A DNA stretch of 64,000 bases from the human T2T-CHM13v2.0 reference genome, Homo sapiens. Where the stretch lies: the NCBI RefSeq assembly GCF_009914755.1, contig NC_060938.1; one strand, given 5' to 3'. Below, piece by piece: positions 49,757 through 64,000 of the stretch. The translations under genes were made by a program, and so were the position numbers. Under the pieces are notes generated by a model. The model had not been told where the DNA came from and ran no database searches. It saw only the letters and a program-made list of their open reading frames with translations. Each line of letters starts with the position of its first letter. The first letter of the stretch is position 1.

Positions 49757-49989
49757 TACCTCAACTATTTTAAAAATGGCAAGAGGGAGAATGAAGAGAA
49801 CGCATGCAAAAACAAATTAACTGTATTTTCAGTAATTATAACAACTGGGCATTATTGATATTATTATTCTGAGGCTGTTCTTTATGTATAATTATGGGAT
49901 TTTCTAATCTATTATCCTGTGTGTATTTGACAGTATCCTCAATGAAGAAAGGAGATTTAACTTCAAGTAGGTCAAGTTAAAACACCACA

Positions 49990-51152
49990 CTCTCCTGCTT
50001 TTTCTCCTTATTCCCTTGCTCTCCTCTTTCTCCTTTGCTGGTTCCTCTGCATCTCCTCAACCTACAAACAGTGGCTTTCCCAAGGACTCATTTCTCAGTT
50101 ATCTTTTTCTCTGAACTCACTTCATTGGCACGTAAATCCAGTCCTTTACCTTTAAATCCTGTCCATATCCTGCCAATGCCAAATTTCTATCTCCAACCTA
50201 GATGTCACCTCTAAACTCCAGACTTACTTCATTTTTCCATTTAGATGTTTATTGGGCATCTCAAACAACTATGCCCATAACCTATGTCCACAACCTAATA
50301 TTTGATCTTCTCTGCCAAAACTTATTTCTTCATAGTCCTCCCATCTCAGCAAATGACAACTCCATCAGCTCAGTTGTTCAGGCTGAAATTCATGGGGTTA
50401 CTTGCTCCTGTCAGTCCTCTCTTGCTCCCTTACCCCATGTTCACAGTGACAGAAAATCCTACTGGCACTACCTCCAAAGTATATCCAAAAGCTGACCTTT
50501 GAGAGTCTTAGATATTTTAGATATGCTTTATCAAAAATCTAATCAAGTCTCAATACTTTCCAGAGCTCTTTCACTAAATAACTGCAGCAGCCCCCTAACT
50601 AGTCTCCCTATTTCCACCTTTTCTCCCTATTTACCATAGTAACCAGAGTGATCCCTTTCAAATTGGTATCAGGCCAGTACACCCAAAACTTTTCAATGGC
50701 TGTCCCTCTCACTCAAGAGCAAAAATAAAGTCATAACAATCCTCTGAAAGCATATAGTTGTTCTCTGAATTAATCTTCTTTGACTCTCCCCCTTGCTCCT
50801 TCTGTGACAGTCACAGGAAAACATAGTCACAGTGTTCTTTAATCTGTGAAGTAAGCTTCTGCTAATGGCCTTCATTCTTGCTCTGGCATTTACCCTTAAA
50901 GCTCTTCCCCAGATATCCACTTGGCTAGCATCAACTTCCATCTTTTTTACCTGCTTTGTGTGTCTCATAGCTCTTATCACCATATACACACTATATATTT
51001 TTCTTTTGTTTTGTTATGTCTTCTCCCATGATACTGCAAACCCTACTTCTCCAAAATACAGGCAAGGGGTTTTTGTTGGTTTTGTTTGATTGTTATGTCC
51101 CTAGCATCTAGAACAGTGCCCAACTGTTTAATAAAAGAATGAATGGATGAAT
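49990..51152 (+). mobile_element. L2 LINE fragment
   Basis: Pyrimidine-rich L2-like body ending 'ctagaacagtgcc...aagaatgaatggatgaa'. Confidence 0.75.
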
Positions 51153-54100
51153 TAGTGAAGGCTAATTATTTGTATTTAGTTAGCATTGATGTATTTTGTT
51201 TTCCTTTCAATTGGGCTTTTGTTATCTTTAATTTGAAAGAGGGGTCTACAGCATATGCTGTGGGTAAATGAAATACCAGATACATACCTATCATTCAAGA
51301 AAAGACATGCAATTTTGACTTTGATAATTCTGTTTTAGCCATTGAATTGTAGTCAACATTCTATCAAGACACATTGCAAAATACATAACTTTTCAACTAC
51401 ATAGGTGCATTTATAGCCTCTCCCCAAATCTTTCTGTGAGTTATCATATGTATTACATGTATATACACTGAATCATCCAGGTTTTCTTCTTTAGTCAGTA
51501 ATGAGAGTCAAATAACAACAAATTTTTAAAATTTTCTTTCAAAAGACTTAAAGAATATTTTCACTGGATAAAAAATTCTAGGTTGACAGATTTTTTTCTT
51601 CCTTTCAGAACTTTAAAGATTTTGTTCCACCTCTATGGCTTCCCTGCTTTCTGATGAGATGTGTACAGAAATTCAAATTATTGTTCCCTTATCAGTATCT
51701 AGTTTTCCTCTGCCTGCTTTCAAGATTTTCTCTTTATCTTCGGTTTTCCACACTTTGACTGTAAATGCCTACTTTGGTTCTCTTTGCATTTATTTTGGTT
51801 GGAATTTTCAGAGTTTCTTCAATCTATAAACGTAATCCTTTTACCAAATCTGAAAAGTTTTCTGTCATCATTTAGTCAAATATTTTTTCTGGCTCTTTCT
51901 CTTATACTGTGCCTATTAGACCTTTCAAAACTGCCCCCATACATCTCTATGGTTCTATTTTTTCACCCCAATCTTTCATAACTCTCTTCAGATTTTCTAT
52001 CAATCTATAATCAAGTTCATTTACTTCTCTATAATATTAATTCTGCTAATAAGCCCATAGAGCCTATTTTTAATTCTGATATATTTTTCAGCTCTAGAAT
52101 TGCCATCTGATTTTGTTTTATTTCACGGCTGGTACTTCCTATCTTTTAATTCATTATAAGTAAACTTTTCTCTACCTCGCTAGTTACAATAGACCTCATG
52201 TGATATTTCCAACATGTGGGTTATCTTAGAGTTGGTATATGATGATTTTCTCTTCCCTTGAGAATAAGTCACATTTTCCTGACCATTTTTAGAATAAGTA
52301 CTTTTGGATTATATGCTAAACAGTGTGACTATAACTCTGTACAATATTATGGAGAAACTTTCTGGCCAGAAAATTTCCTATAAAAGCAAAAAATGGGGAT
52401 ATCAGTCCATGTAGACTGACTGTTCCATATTTTGATTACCCTCCAAAGCTTGCCTGCTTTTATTCAATCTCCACAACCCTCAGATAGATGTTATCTATAT
52501 TATGTGCAGAGTTTACAAATGGTTATTTGTGAGAAGATCAGTTTGTTAGGAGCTCACCCCTCCACACAAGTATTGGAAATCCTCTGAAGTGATTTTTAAT
52601 TTTGGAGGTTGTGTTATACTTTTTCTCTTATCAGTTAGAACTTTATTATGATATAGCAAATTATAAAAACCATTATGCTATCATATTCATAAATGAAAGA
52701 GAGAACTCAAAGCTAAATTTTCAAATATCTGGCCATGAAGACTAACTGCTTGCTACACGGGATTAAGAGAACAATGAGAAAATGTCTAGTAATAATTATA
52801 AAATATAAAAACTTTGTTAAAATCTGATTTGCAAGCTTTTGTCAAAGGGCCACCTCATACAGAATCTTGAAGACATTAAATAACCCCAAATAGAGATCCA
52901 CAGTAAACTTATCTGGTAGTAAATTTTACTATACTAGACAAATCTACAGTGAGATTTTCTGTATTTTAAATATTTTCTGTATTTCTGTATTTTCCAAACT
53001 GAATGGTTTATTTAGTTAATAAGTCATACCCTAACTTATTTACCATTTCCAGAAAATAACCAAGTACAGAATATTTACTGATAAGATGCAATGCTCAAAA
53101 CCAAATATTCGACAGAAAAAAATTTACCTAGCACTACAGTGACCAACAAGTCAAAATCATTTGTGACAGACTCTATTGAATATTTAGTTTGATGACATTA
53201 TTTGAAGGTAGAATTAACTTATTTTATTAACTTCGAAGCCCATATGTTGACATGCTATCCACACTAAGCTCAGAATCATAAATTTTGTCTGACCATTACA
53301 ATGAAAGAAAGTTCCATATAACTTAAGGCAATAAATATAAATACTATGTTATTATACAACACTACGTAATTTAAACTCCATTTGTGATTTATCCAAATGT
53401 CCATTAGTTATTATATTATCTACACCTTAAAAATTCCACTGTAGCCCTCCACCCCTTCTCTCACAGAGAGTGACTTTACCAAGATAATTGTGACTATAAT
53501 GTGTGAACTACTCAGCTTTTCCGTCAAAACACAGTCTGATCATTTGCGTTCCTCCTTCTCTATGTTCTCTGAATTTCTAAAAAGAAAAAAAAAGCTTTTT
53601 AATATAAAAAAAATTTGCTGATGCCTGTCATGGTGCAATTGTACTTACAATATTTACAAATTGAGAAAATGCATGTACCTGTGGATTTATCATCCATCCC
53701 CACTTACAACAAGGGTGCAGTAAGCTGAGAACTTTCAAAACGTAATAAAATACTATCTGATGTAATGCCCAAATTTACAGGTATCTCTCTTAAAAGTTCT
53801 GACTTTAGGTACTCTACTGTGTGTTAGGATACTAAGGATACTATACTATGTCACATGAGCTGTGCACACATGATGACCGGGTTAAAAAGAATGACAAGAT
53901 GACTGTTGTTAAAAAGAACGACAAGAAAGACGTGTGAAAAGAATACTACCAACTACAGAGTTTGCAAAACTGTTCAGGACACAGTTTGCTTCTTTGTGAA
54001 TAGAATTACAAAATTGCTTATATTCAGCCTTTTTCCTTGATGTTGCCAGGAAGCTCCCATCAATTCTGAAATTTCACATTAGCAATCATATTGGATTTGT

Positions 54101-55367
54101 ATTTTCTTGATATTCTACCTTTTTATATTTCATTTGTTTGCTTGTCACTGTATTTAATATCATTCTACTAGAGCTTAAAAAGACACTACAAGTATTTTAT
54201 GAAACAACTCAAAGAAGTAGGAAAGAAAAGCAGGCAGCATATTAATAAAAAATGTGAATTACAAAAATATTCCTATGCAAGATCAACAATGGAAGAACCA
54301 GGATGCAAACCCAACAAAAAGACCCATGAAAGAAGAAGTAGCTGGACAGGCACAAATTCATTTCTAGAGCTAGTAAGACAAAAACAAAAATGATATGGAA
54401 AATATATGATAGCAAGTATTGTTACCTTGACATAAAAATAATAGCATTATTATTCTTCAATATTATTATGGTTATTAAAGTCACTGAGAAAAAAAGATCT
54501 TTTAATATAGGTAAATTCAAACTTTCCTCTCTCTCTCTCTCTATATATATATACATATGTGTGTGTGTGTGTGCGTATATATATATATATATATATATGA
54601 CATAAAAATAAAAAGAGAAATACCAATGCAAAAATACAAAGGCCAAAGAGGGACTTTTTTAAATGTTTTTCCTTTCCGTAACACAATCTTCACATTAATT
54701 ATTTAAATTGAGTTCAATAAATAAACCAAGCTTCCATACAAGACAAGTACTCCTTCAGAATTATAAACACTTTGAGTATAATGTGTAATTCTCTTTCAGC
54801 TCCAAGTAGTTTGAGACTTCACAATTCCCAATGTGATTTAAGCAGAACCTTTATATATTTCCGTAGCCAGGTGTACTGCACATTTCAAACTAACTCATAT
54901 ATGTGCATGCTATATCTTACCTAGAGTCTTTGTTCTTAAGAATCAATGAATGAGTTCATATTAAGTGCCCATTTTATAGTTACTGCTGTCAAATAGCATT
55001 TTAAGTATCTGTTTTAATATGGATGGTTTGATTTCTGAAACAACCTTTATTCTCTTGAGAGTTAATACCCTAAAATAGAGAATATAGAACTATTTTTTTC
55101 TAAAGTATAGAAAAATACAAATGATCTATAAACATTTGAACAAGTATGCTTTCTGAAGTTAAGAGGGGAAAATTAACTGGTTTCTCCCTCCCACCAAAAT
55201 ATAAAATACAAACTTTGTTCTACAGATTACTTGAATGCACTATTCAATTATTTCATATATATTTTGAGAAATAAAAAGTTATAATAATCTTTAATCACTA
55301 AAATATTAGTCATTTCAAGGTATCTAAAATACTTTGAGAAAAATTCAATTTTGTCCATTTCAATTTA

Positions 55368-55790
<423 letters not shown>

Positions 55791-56401
55791 TTAACTGTCT
55801 AAAATGCTCACCCTTTTTTCAGGTTTTTCATTCCAGGTAATCGTTAATTTATTGCAAACTAAGTCTTTTACTTGATTCGAAACTGACATATATGTTAGCC
55901 CTGATTAAAATTAGAAGAGAAAATCTTTAAAGTAGTCATTTAACCATTGTTTCTAAATATTACAAAATTATCAAGAAGAAACCATAAAAAAAGAGCTTCA
56001 AATAAATTTAAGGAAAATCTTATAGAATTTTACATGTATAAGAATTAAAGTTTGCACATATTACCTTCACTGAGTTTGAAACTATCCAACCAGAATGCTA
56101 TCTAAATAACACAGAAGACACAATCTTTATATTCTAGAGTAAAATGTAAAGTAAAATGTAAAGAAAACTTTACATTTCTTTTTTTTTTTCAGAGAAAGAT
56201 ATGCCACTTTTATAATAGACAAAGTTAACCTGCCTTAATTATTAGGAACTCTTATAAATCAACAAGAAAAGGAAAGCTATTCATTAGAAACATGAACAGG
56301 TGGCCTAAACAGCAAATTTACAACGAAAAAGAAATACAATGGCTTCTGAACATACTAAAAGATATTTAGCTTGTAATTGTAAATGTTTGTCTAGCATGGA
56401 G

Positions 56402-56472
56402 CTAACCTGCACAACATGCACATGTACCCTAAAACTTAAAGTATAATAATAAAAAAAAAAAAAAAAAAAAAA
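56402..56472 (+). mobile_element. Very short young L1PA 3' end with poly(A)
   Basis: 'ctaacctgcacaacatgcacatgtaccctaaaacttaaagtataataataaaa...'. Confidence 0.85.
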
Positions 56473-59400
56473 GAACACAGGCGCTGTCCAACTGCAGCCT
56501 GGTAGTAAAGTTGCCCTATTCCACTTCGTTTCTCTTCCTACATTTCTAAAGAGAAGAGACACAAATAAATACCTATATATAGGCAAAGATTTCCTGCCCA
56601 AAGACAATTTTAAGATAAATACTAGATGTATTATCATACTTATTGGTGTACTTACAATTAAAAAAGTACTCATTCAAACAATACTTACTGAGTTCTTACT
56701 ACTTCAGATAACTTAATGTACTGGGCAGGATAAATTTTACTTCCTAAAGACATGAATTGGTTCCCAAATTACTAGCTCTATGGCTTTTGGCAAATTACTT
56801 AGCATCTCTGAACCTATTTTCATCTCTGAAAAAGGGGAATAATAATGCCTACTTTGTGGATTCCTTGTGAATATTATAAACAGATAATGTATGAAAACTA
56901 TGAAGAAAAGTTCCCAATGTATTTGGCACCCATAAATAACATACCATTCACTAAACTACTATTTTAATTTTATCTACTATGTCCTCATGATGAGGTTCAT
57001 TTATGCTAAAGTTGATTATTATTTACCTTTCAGAGTCATTCATTCATTCAAAAAATGTACTAAGAGCCTACTTTATGCCAAGTACCCTGTCCCAACCTTG
57101 GATCATGGATATATAAAGACAGACAACATACGCACACTCAAGGAAGTTTCACTAGAGAAACAGTTATGAGAACAATCGAGAATATCTAAAATACAGATAT
57201 GAGAGTAATAAAAGTAATTACTATAAGTAACAGGGAAGGAAAGACAAATAGAGAAGAAAGACTATCATAGAAGTATTCACTAAAAGCATAAAATGAACCA
57301 CAAGACTATGCTTGAAGGATGAAAAGGAATTGTTCAGCAGACAGGGGTAAAAAAAACATTCCAGGTGGAATCTTAATATGATACAGCACAGATGCTTGAC
57401 AAAACTTTCTTCAGTGTGTAGGTTTAGAAGGAAAAACAAAAACAAAAACAAAAACAGGCAAAGACCAGATTATAAACAGACCTTTAGGAAACTGGCCTTT
57501 GTTTTTTGCATAATGTGGTATAACTAAATAATTTTGAGCAGGAAAGTTAAACGATCAGCTTCATAGTTAAGGAAAATACCTGGCAGCAATGTGGAGGTGA
57601 GATAGGTAGGCAAGTGTGGACAAAGATAAAACTGAAAAACCACTGCAAAGGTTGAGGTAAGACACCATAAGCCGCTGAACTAAGACAAAGTCATTAGTAA
57701 TTTTAAAATGAGGATGGGAATTAACTAACAGAACTGATAGGAAGTGTTAACATACAACAGGGGAGTCTAAGATGGCTTCCAATTTTCACCTAGAGGGGTA
57801 AGGGTACCATTAACTTAAGATCATTAATACAGAAAAATTAATCAGATTTGGAGTTTACCAAGGTTTGCTTTTGGTTGTAACAATGATATATGATAAAATT
57901 AAATGAATAAATAAGTGAATGCACTGGTGAATTAATGAGCTGATCTCAGTTAAGACCAGAGTACTTATTTATAACAAAAGTAACTTTTTTCTTTCCTTGG
58001 TACATCAAACTGTACTCTACAGATAACAGACACAAGTGAGTTTTTCAATGGTTAAAAAAAGCCTAACTTTTGACCTTATATATGTGGACTAAAGAAAATA
58101 AAAATAAACTTGGAAACTAACTGTGCATACTGATATTATGTATATATAGTGAAGTCTGCATTTAGTTTGAGACTCAAAAAGAAATTTATAGAAGAAGGAC
58201 ACAACCAGGAATAAGGGAAAAAAAAGATCCATATTAAGAATCCACAAGATATATATTACAAGTTGAAGATATGGAAATAAATTGAAGACAAAAAAGTACA
58301 GATGATATCAATAATAGCTAATATGTCTAGAGCACATATTACCATTAGGTAACATGCTAATGGTTTATACCCATTTTCACAAGTTCTAACAGCTGGTAAG
58401 CGGTGCAGCTGGGAAAGCAAAAGTTTTAATGTAAAGATTTCTTTTTGAAAGGCCAGTAAATCTCTTATTAGGAAGGATAACAACAACTTAGCTAGGGCAT
58501 CTGTGGGAAATTAAAGAAAGGAAGAAATAAGAGAATAAATTTATTTTGAATAATGAAACACAATAAAAGCAAATACTTATGACTTTTCAAGGTTTTTGAG
58601 AATCTTCACAGAAGACTTTTTAAAATCCACATCATTCTCTGGCCCTGCTCCTAACTAGACCCTTAGTATCATTGCATATTGAGAGCTTTACAAAGGAGAA
58701 TGTGTTTTCCACAAGTAAACAGTGAAGAAAACACAAAATAGAAAACGTGAGAACAAATGGGTTAAAGCGCTTTTTATTGGCTAATGACAATTTCATTTGG
58801 TTATAACTTCACTCTAATTGTTTGCATGTATATTCTTTAAACCACTGTTTCCTAAAACTGTCTGATGAGAAAGTTACCTAGAATATTCATTAAAAACACA
58901 CAATCCTAACATGAAAAATTATAATACCAACAATCTGTACTTCTAATCAATTCCACTGAAATTCAAAATAATTTGGCAATTTTAGCAAACAATCTTGGTC
59001 TTATCTTAGTTTTAATAAAACAGAATGTCCAGAGCAAAGGCAATGTGATTGGTATTAAAGTAATCAATTTGTATTAAAAAAGAAAGAATACACCATTATA
59101 ACGAACGAATATATTTATTCAGATCATTGCTTTTTAAACTATTTTCTAAGTATATATTGATGAATTATTGTTAAATTGATATTCTTTAATAGAAACCACA
59201 ATTACTGACATTAAATATAAAACAAATATTTTCATTAGAATCATGTAAAATCTCAACAAATTTTTGAAAATACCACCCAAAATATTTTTTTTCTGTATAT
59301 GACAAGACACACATCAGATCATAAGCTACAAGAAAACAAACAAAAAAGATATGAAAAAGATATAAAGACCTCCCCCTCACCACGTTTGGATTCATCATAT

Positions 59401-62400
59401 CTATTATGATTGTACCATTAATCACAAAGGGTAAGGCGATATTTCTGTTAGGAGGAGGCAGTGTGCCCTAAAAAACGTTGACAATCTCACTGTCATATAC
59501 CCAAGAAAGAACCCTGAACCTGGAAGGGCAAAAAAGCCTTAAACATGTGAGATGGGAACTGCTATGCACTCTGTCCTTGTTTTCTTTCATCTGGACTTTC
59601 AGATGGTTTGTTACTCTGACACAAAGATGGAGTCCGGTACACAGGCAGGAAAATCTCTCTAGAAAATGCCACCCGATTATGAATGAATTATCTCTTATAA
59701 TTCTAATTATACAGTTGCACATTTCTCTGCATTTTCTCTTTACAGCAGTTTTTAAAATGTGTTTTGACCTTGTTTTTGCTATTATTTGGGATATTAAGTA
59801 AAGACATATTTTATGAGCCAAAACTAACAGTACAGCAACATTCAACTCCTTGAAGCCAGCATTATTAAAGCATCAGAAATTAACAAAACCTCCACTCTTA
59901 GGAAACAAGATTCAGAACTACTAGGATTAGGTGAATCTCCCCAAGAAAACTATCTGTGCATTGCTTAATCTGGGGGTTTAACATTTAACTTTTTTAAAAA
60001 AGAGGCAAAGATTTATAACTCCCTAGTGCCTACAATGGTGTCCAATACTCAGTAAATAATAAGTATCTATTGAAAGAATGCCATAGAACAGATGAGACTG
60101 AGATAATGAGAGAATGTAAGAGAAATACACGCAAGAGATCAAAGCACTGACCTTACAGAAGACAAAAATTAGACATAAAAGTAAAAAGAAAATGCAAACA
60201 AGGATAAGAGAAAACCATTAAAAGCATAGGAAATCCAGTGAAAGAGAATGCTACAGAGGTCATAAAAGGATAGTTAAGAATTCTGTCATAACAAGTGAGT
60301 TATAAAAATATTTACTTTTACCTACCTTACGTGGTTGAAAATCATATTTCACACAATGCTGAAAACATTTTCCTTTGGACTTCGATGATGTGACTATAAA
60401 ACAGTTGCCAACAAAATGAGCAGAGTAACCAACTCCTTTGCTAGCATGAAAACTGTAAAGACAACTGAGAATAGTATAATATCCTCTGATAAAAAGAACT
60501 AAACACCTAATGGCTATTAAACATTCCTATAAAAATAAAACTTATTTCCCTGTATGGTAGAAGGAGTTTAATATGTGTCAAATAAAAACTAAACAAAAAT
60601 ATAAAAGGTTGAGTTATAAGTAAATATAAGAAATTTAAACTAGGAAATAAAAGACTATGGAAGCTTTTAGTATTTCAATCTAAAATCTCAGAAACACATA
60701 AAAACAAATTAACTGCCAACAAAACCCTACCACCAAGTAGACTTTATCTACCTTTAAGGACCATTTGCAATCAGCAAATACAGAACACATTTATACAAAG
60801 TTCACATTTTAAATAACAACCTGCTCTCTAATTCTGGTATACCTTTGAAAATAGCATACAAATTAAAAAGAAAAAGGAAAAAAAAAAACTTGGTCATAGT
60901 CAAGTTTGATAAATACTGCAGTTGATCGAGCAAAGCAGTACATTTTTAGTTTAAAAAATTAAAAAGATGTAACTATGAAATATGGTTGTTTTCTTCTACA
61001 GAAGCATTCCCTTAGCTGTAAATTTAATCATGAAGTAGAAAAATGTGTAATCATTGAAAAATGAAGGTACCACTGAAATTAATATATAATCTCCCAAAAT
61101 GACCACTTTGAAGTTCAACCCCATTTATGTTTGGAAGTTCAGATGCTTATTTAAAACTCGCTCTCATGTTATCCATATATAGTATTTTATAATAGAGCTT
61201 AAAAGATAGTAATAGCGCACATATTTCTGTGCTCACATTTCTGACCCAGCCATTACAAAAGGGCTTTAAATATGATTCTCTCATTAAATCCTATGGGATA
61301 GGCACTATTCCTATCCTCATTTTATAGTTGAAGACACCAAAAGTACAAGGTGAATAGTAGGTGGTGAAGCCAGAACTTGAACACAGGCAGTCTTATTTCA
61401 GTGTATTGCAAGTAGTAAATGAGTACATATATATAAACACTTACAATGCCTAACATATAGAATGGCAATCAATGAATGTTTGATGTTCTTATAGGTAAAT
61501 ATGCTGTACTGTGCATTACTGGCATACTAAAATTACAGAGGTTTCAATCCTTACAGATCAACACATTGTTAAGTTGATCAACTCATTCTAGTGGTTTTCA
61601 GTAGCAATCCATTTGGTTAAAGGAGATTGAATCCTTAAAGCCAAAAATGACTGAGCTAGAGAATGTTAATGGAATCAATATTGAAGAAATGCAAGCATTA
61701 AGAGATAATGTTCATAATGTTAACAACATTGAAACCAAGAAAGGCAAAGCATGACATTTATTACTCAGAAACATAACCACTGATATTTATAACCAAAAAG
61801 GATTTAGGTCCATTCATAAGCAGAAAAGGAATAATGTAGGACTCCTTTGAAAATAGCAATCAAATAAAATGTAGCCATTCTAAGGAATAAGTGAGAAAGT
61901 AGCTGATTATTTCACCTGACTTCAAGAAACATCCGAATGGATTTATTTATTTTCCTAGACTTTATTCAAATTCTACATAAAAGATAATTACCCATTATGA
62001 CTTTAAAATTAATCTGTTCCCCAAACAGATCCTTCACGTTGCTGATAATGGCCTTTCTCAAATACAACATGGACCTTCCATGTCAAAAATCTTCTGCATT
62101 CAGAATAAAATTGTAATTTCTTCAGGTTATACAAGACTTCCCACATGCTATGGCTCCAACAAACCCTTTCGATTTTATCCTCCTCTAGTACCCAACCCCA
62201 CATTCCAAAGTACATCTAAATATACCAGCTGTTGCACTTGTTCTTTTACAGTTCCTCTTCCTATACATCACGTTGCTTCTATCCAAATCATTCTTCCTTC
62301 CGACAAAATCTCGATTATTCTTTAATAGCAGACTAATATGTTCCTCATCTGTGAAGCTTTTCTGGACTTCAACTTAGCTTGGTTTCTCTTTTCAATTGTG

Positions 62401-64000
62401 TCCCCATAGTTTTGAGTACCTAAATCTACAGTATCAGTTATAAAACAAGCTGTATTTGCATGTCTAGCCATCAGAGTTCTTCAAGAATAAGGAATGTAAT
62501 CTACTCCAAACATAATGGCTGAAGATATAGAAAATACTCTGTAGGTGGCCAATAAATAATTTCAAAGTAGTCAAAGAATTCTAAGTGCTTGCCATGAAAA
62601 AAAGTACACATACACACACATACACATGCATGCACACATACACACTATTTCAAATGAGTTAAACCCTATACTAACCTTTCAGATTTTAGTGTGTAAGCAA
62701 CTATTTCAGGCAGTTTTATTATCATACAATATAACTAGCATTTTATTATCAAACAAGATAGCTTTTCTTATCAATTTGCTATAAATGTTTAATTTAGCCA
62801 CCTTCTAGTGACACTTTTACTACATTATTAAACAAAAAGTACCCCATTGAACTTAACATACTACAATACATTCAGATGTGAACAGTTAGAAGTGTTTTGG
62901 TGGCTACTGGTTCTTCCTTAGTATAATATTTAAAGTTTAATTTCTCTGTTAAAAAGCAAGACAGAGGTATTTTTCTGACATTTATTCTCTTTTCTCATAT
63001 CCTTCCATCATCAAGCTCTTTTGAAAGGAAATACTAGAAATTACAAAAAGTGAAAAATTTTGTGTTATTAATATTATTACTGAGAAAAAGATAGGAGAAT
63101 GAAGAAGCTTTATATAATGGCAATGTCAAAATATGAACTTCTATGGTACGATCACCCTCACTGTCACTTTTACATTTCAGTGTTGATGAATTATGTACTA
63201 GTAAACTACTATGCATGTAATTTTGGCTCATTCTCTAAACTGCACTCCATAGAGTAGCAGGCAATTTCCAAAAAAAAAAAAAATTAAGAGCTTAAACTCA
63301 GATATAAGAATTGAAGGATCATATGATGTTCTATAAAACATGTGTACACATAAGTCTATATTAATAAATTCCTATTAAGTAACTCTAGAATTTATAGAAA
63401 TGCTACTATTAATATATCTGTATTAAAAAGGTATTTTAAGAAACAGATGTGTGAATCTCATTTTTCACCAAGTTAGCCATCGGTCCCCAATACAGGGGTG
63501 CTAAGTCATTATAAAAAAAGATACTTGCCACCCTGAAGGTAATTACGTATGATTTTTAATATATTTTCTCAGAAAATCAAATTTTGGGAAATATTTAAAT
63601 TCAAAGCATTCTTTTTGCGATTTTGCATTCTTTTAACCCATTTTTCATTCCATTCTTTCTCATTTAATGTCTTGTTACATAAATTTTAAACATAATTAAA
63701 TGCGTGAGTCAAAATGTTTAAGAGTATTCTCTGGTATCTGAACTACTTTGCAGGATCAGATATAATACTGTGGAGAGTAATATCAGCACTTTTATAATTA
63801 TGAAAATGCTTTTATGTCAGAAGATACTTAAGCTGAAGATTCATGGGTTACAAAAAATAAACATTTCAAACTTTAAACTTATTTTCTGGAATGATACTTG
63901 CTCTGAAATAATATTCAAAACACTTTTCCGAAATGCATCTAGCCACACAGGAGAATGAGCATGCAAGGAGGGAGAGGGTCGGTGGTGAAAAAATTATAGA

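Noticed and set aside
59468-59845. Overlapping 125-aa and 107-aa ORFs in the NBEA intron
   Set aside because: No recognisable homology, and not part of the NBEA reading frame

Overview
Primate (most likely human) pericentromeric segmental-duplication mosaic with no intact protein-coding gene. From left to right: (1) 1-14.1 kb is a dense field of MaLR (MST) proviral-type elements, ERV LTRs, an old L1 5' fragment and Alus; (2) ~14.6-19.0 kb is a GC-rich unprocessed TBC1D3/TBC1D26-family RabGAP pseudogene fragment on the minus strand; (3) 19-25.8 kb is AT-rich, repeat-filled DNA; (4) 25.85-27.1 kb is a CDRT15/CDRT15L2-family pseudogene (C2orf27-like ORF) on the minus strand; (5) 27.9-37.2 kb is a diverged ~18-20 bp-period CACCTG/CAGGTG satellite with internal inversions and a THE1/MST insertion; (6) 37.2-40.2 kb holds 14 copies of a CpG-rich ~200-240 bp gamma-satellite-like unit, each with a tRNA T-arm/B-box-like hairpin, an oligo-T/A tract and splice-site motifs; (7) 40.2-64 kb is an unprocessed neurobeachin (NBEA) pseudogene fragment on the minus strand with three recognisable exons. 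Family names come from my recall of protein and repeat sequences, not from searches. The best candidate for unexplained biology is the B-box/oligo-T satellite array; its function is inference only.
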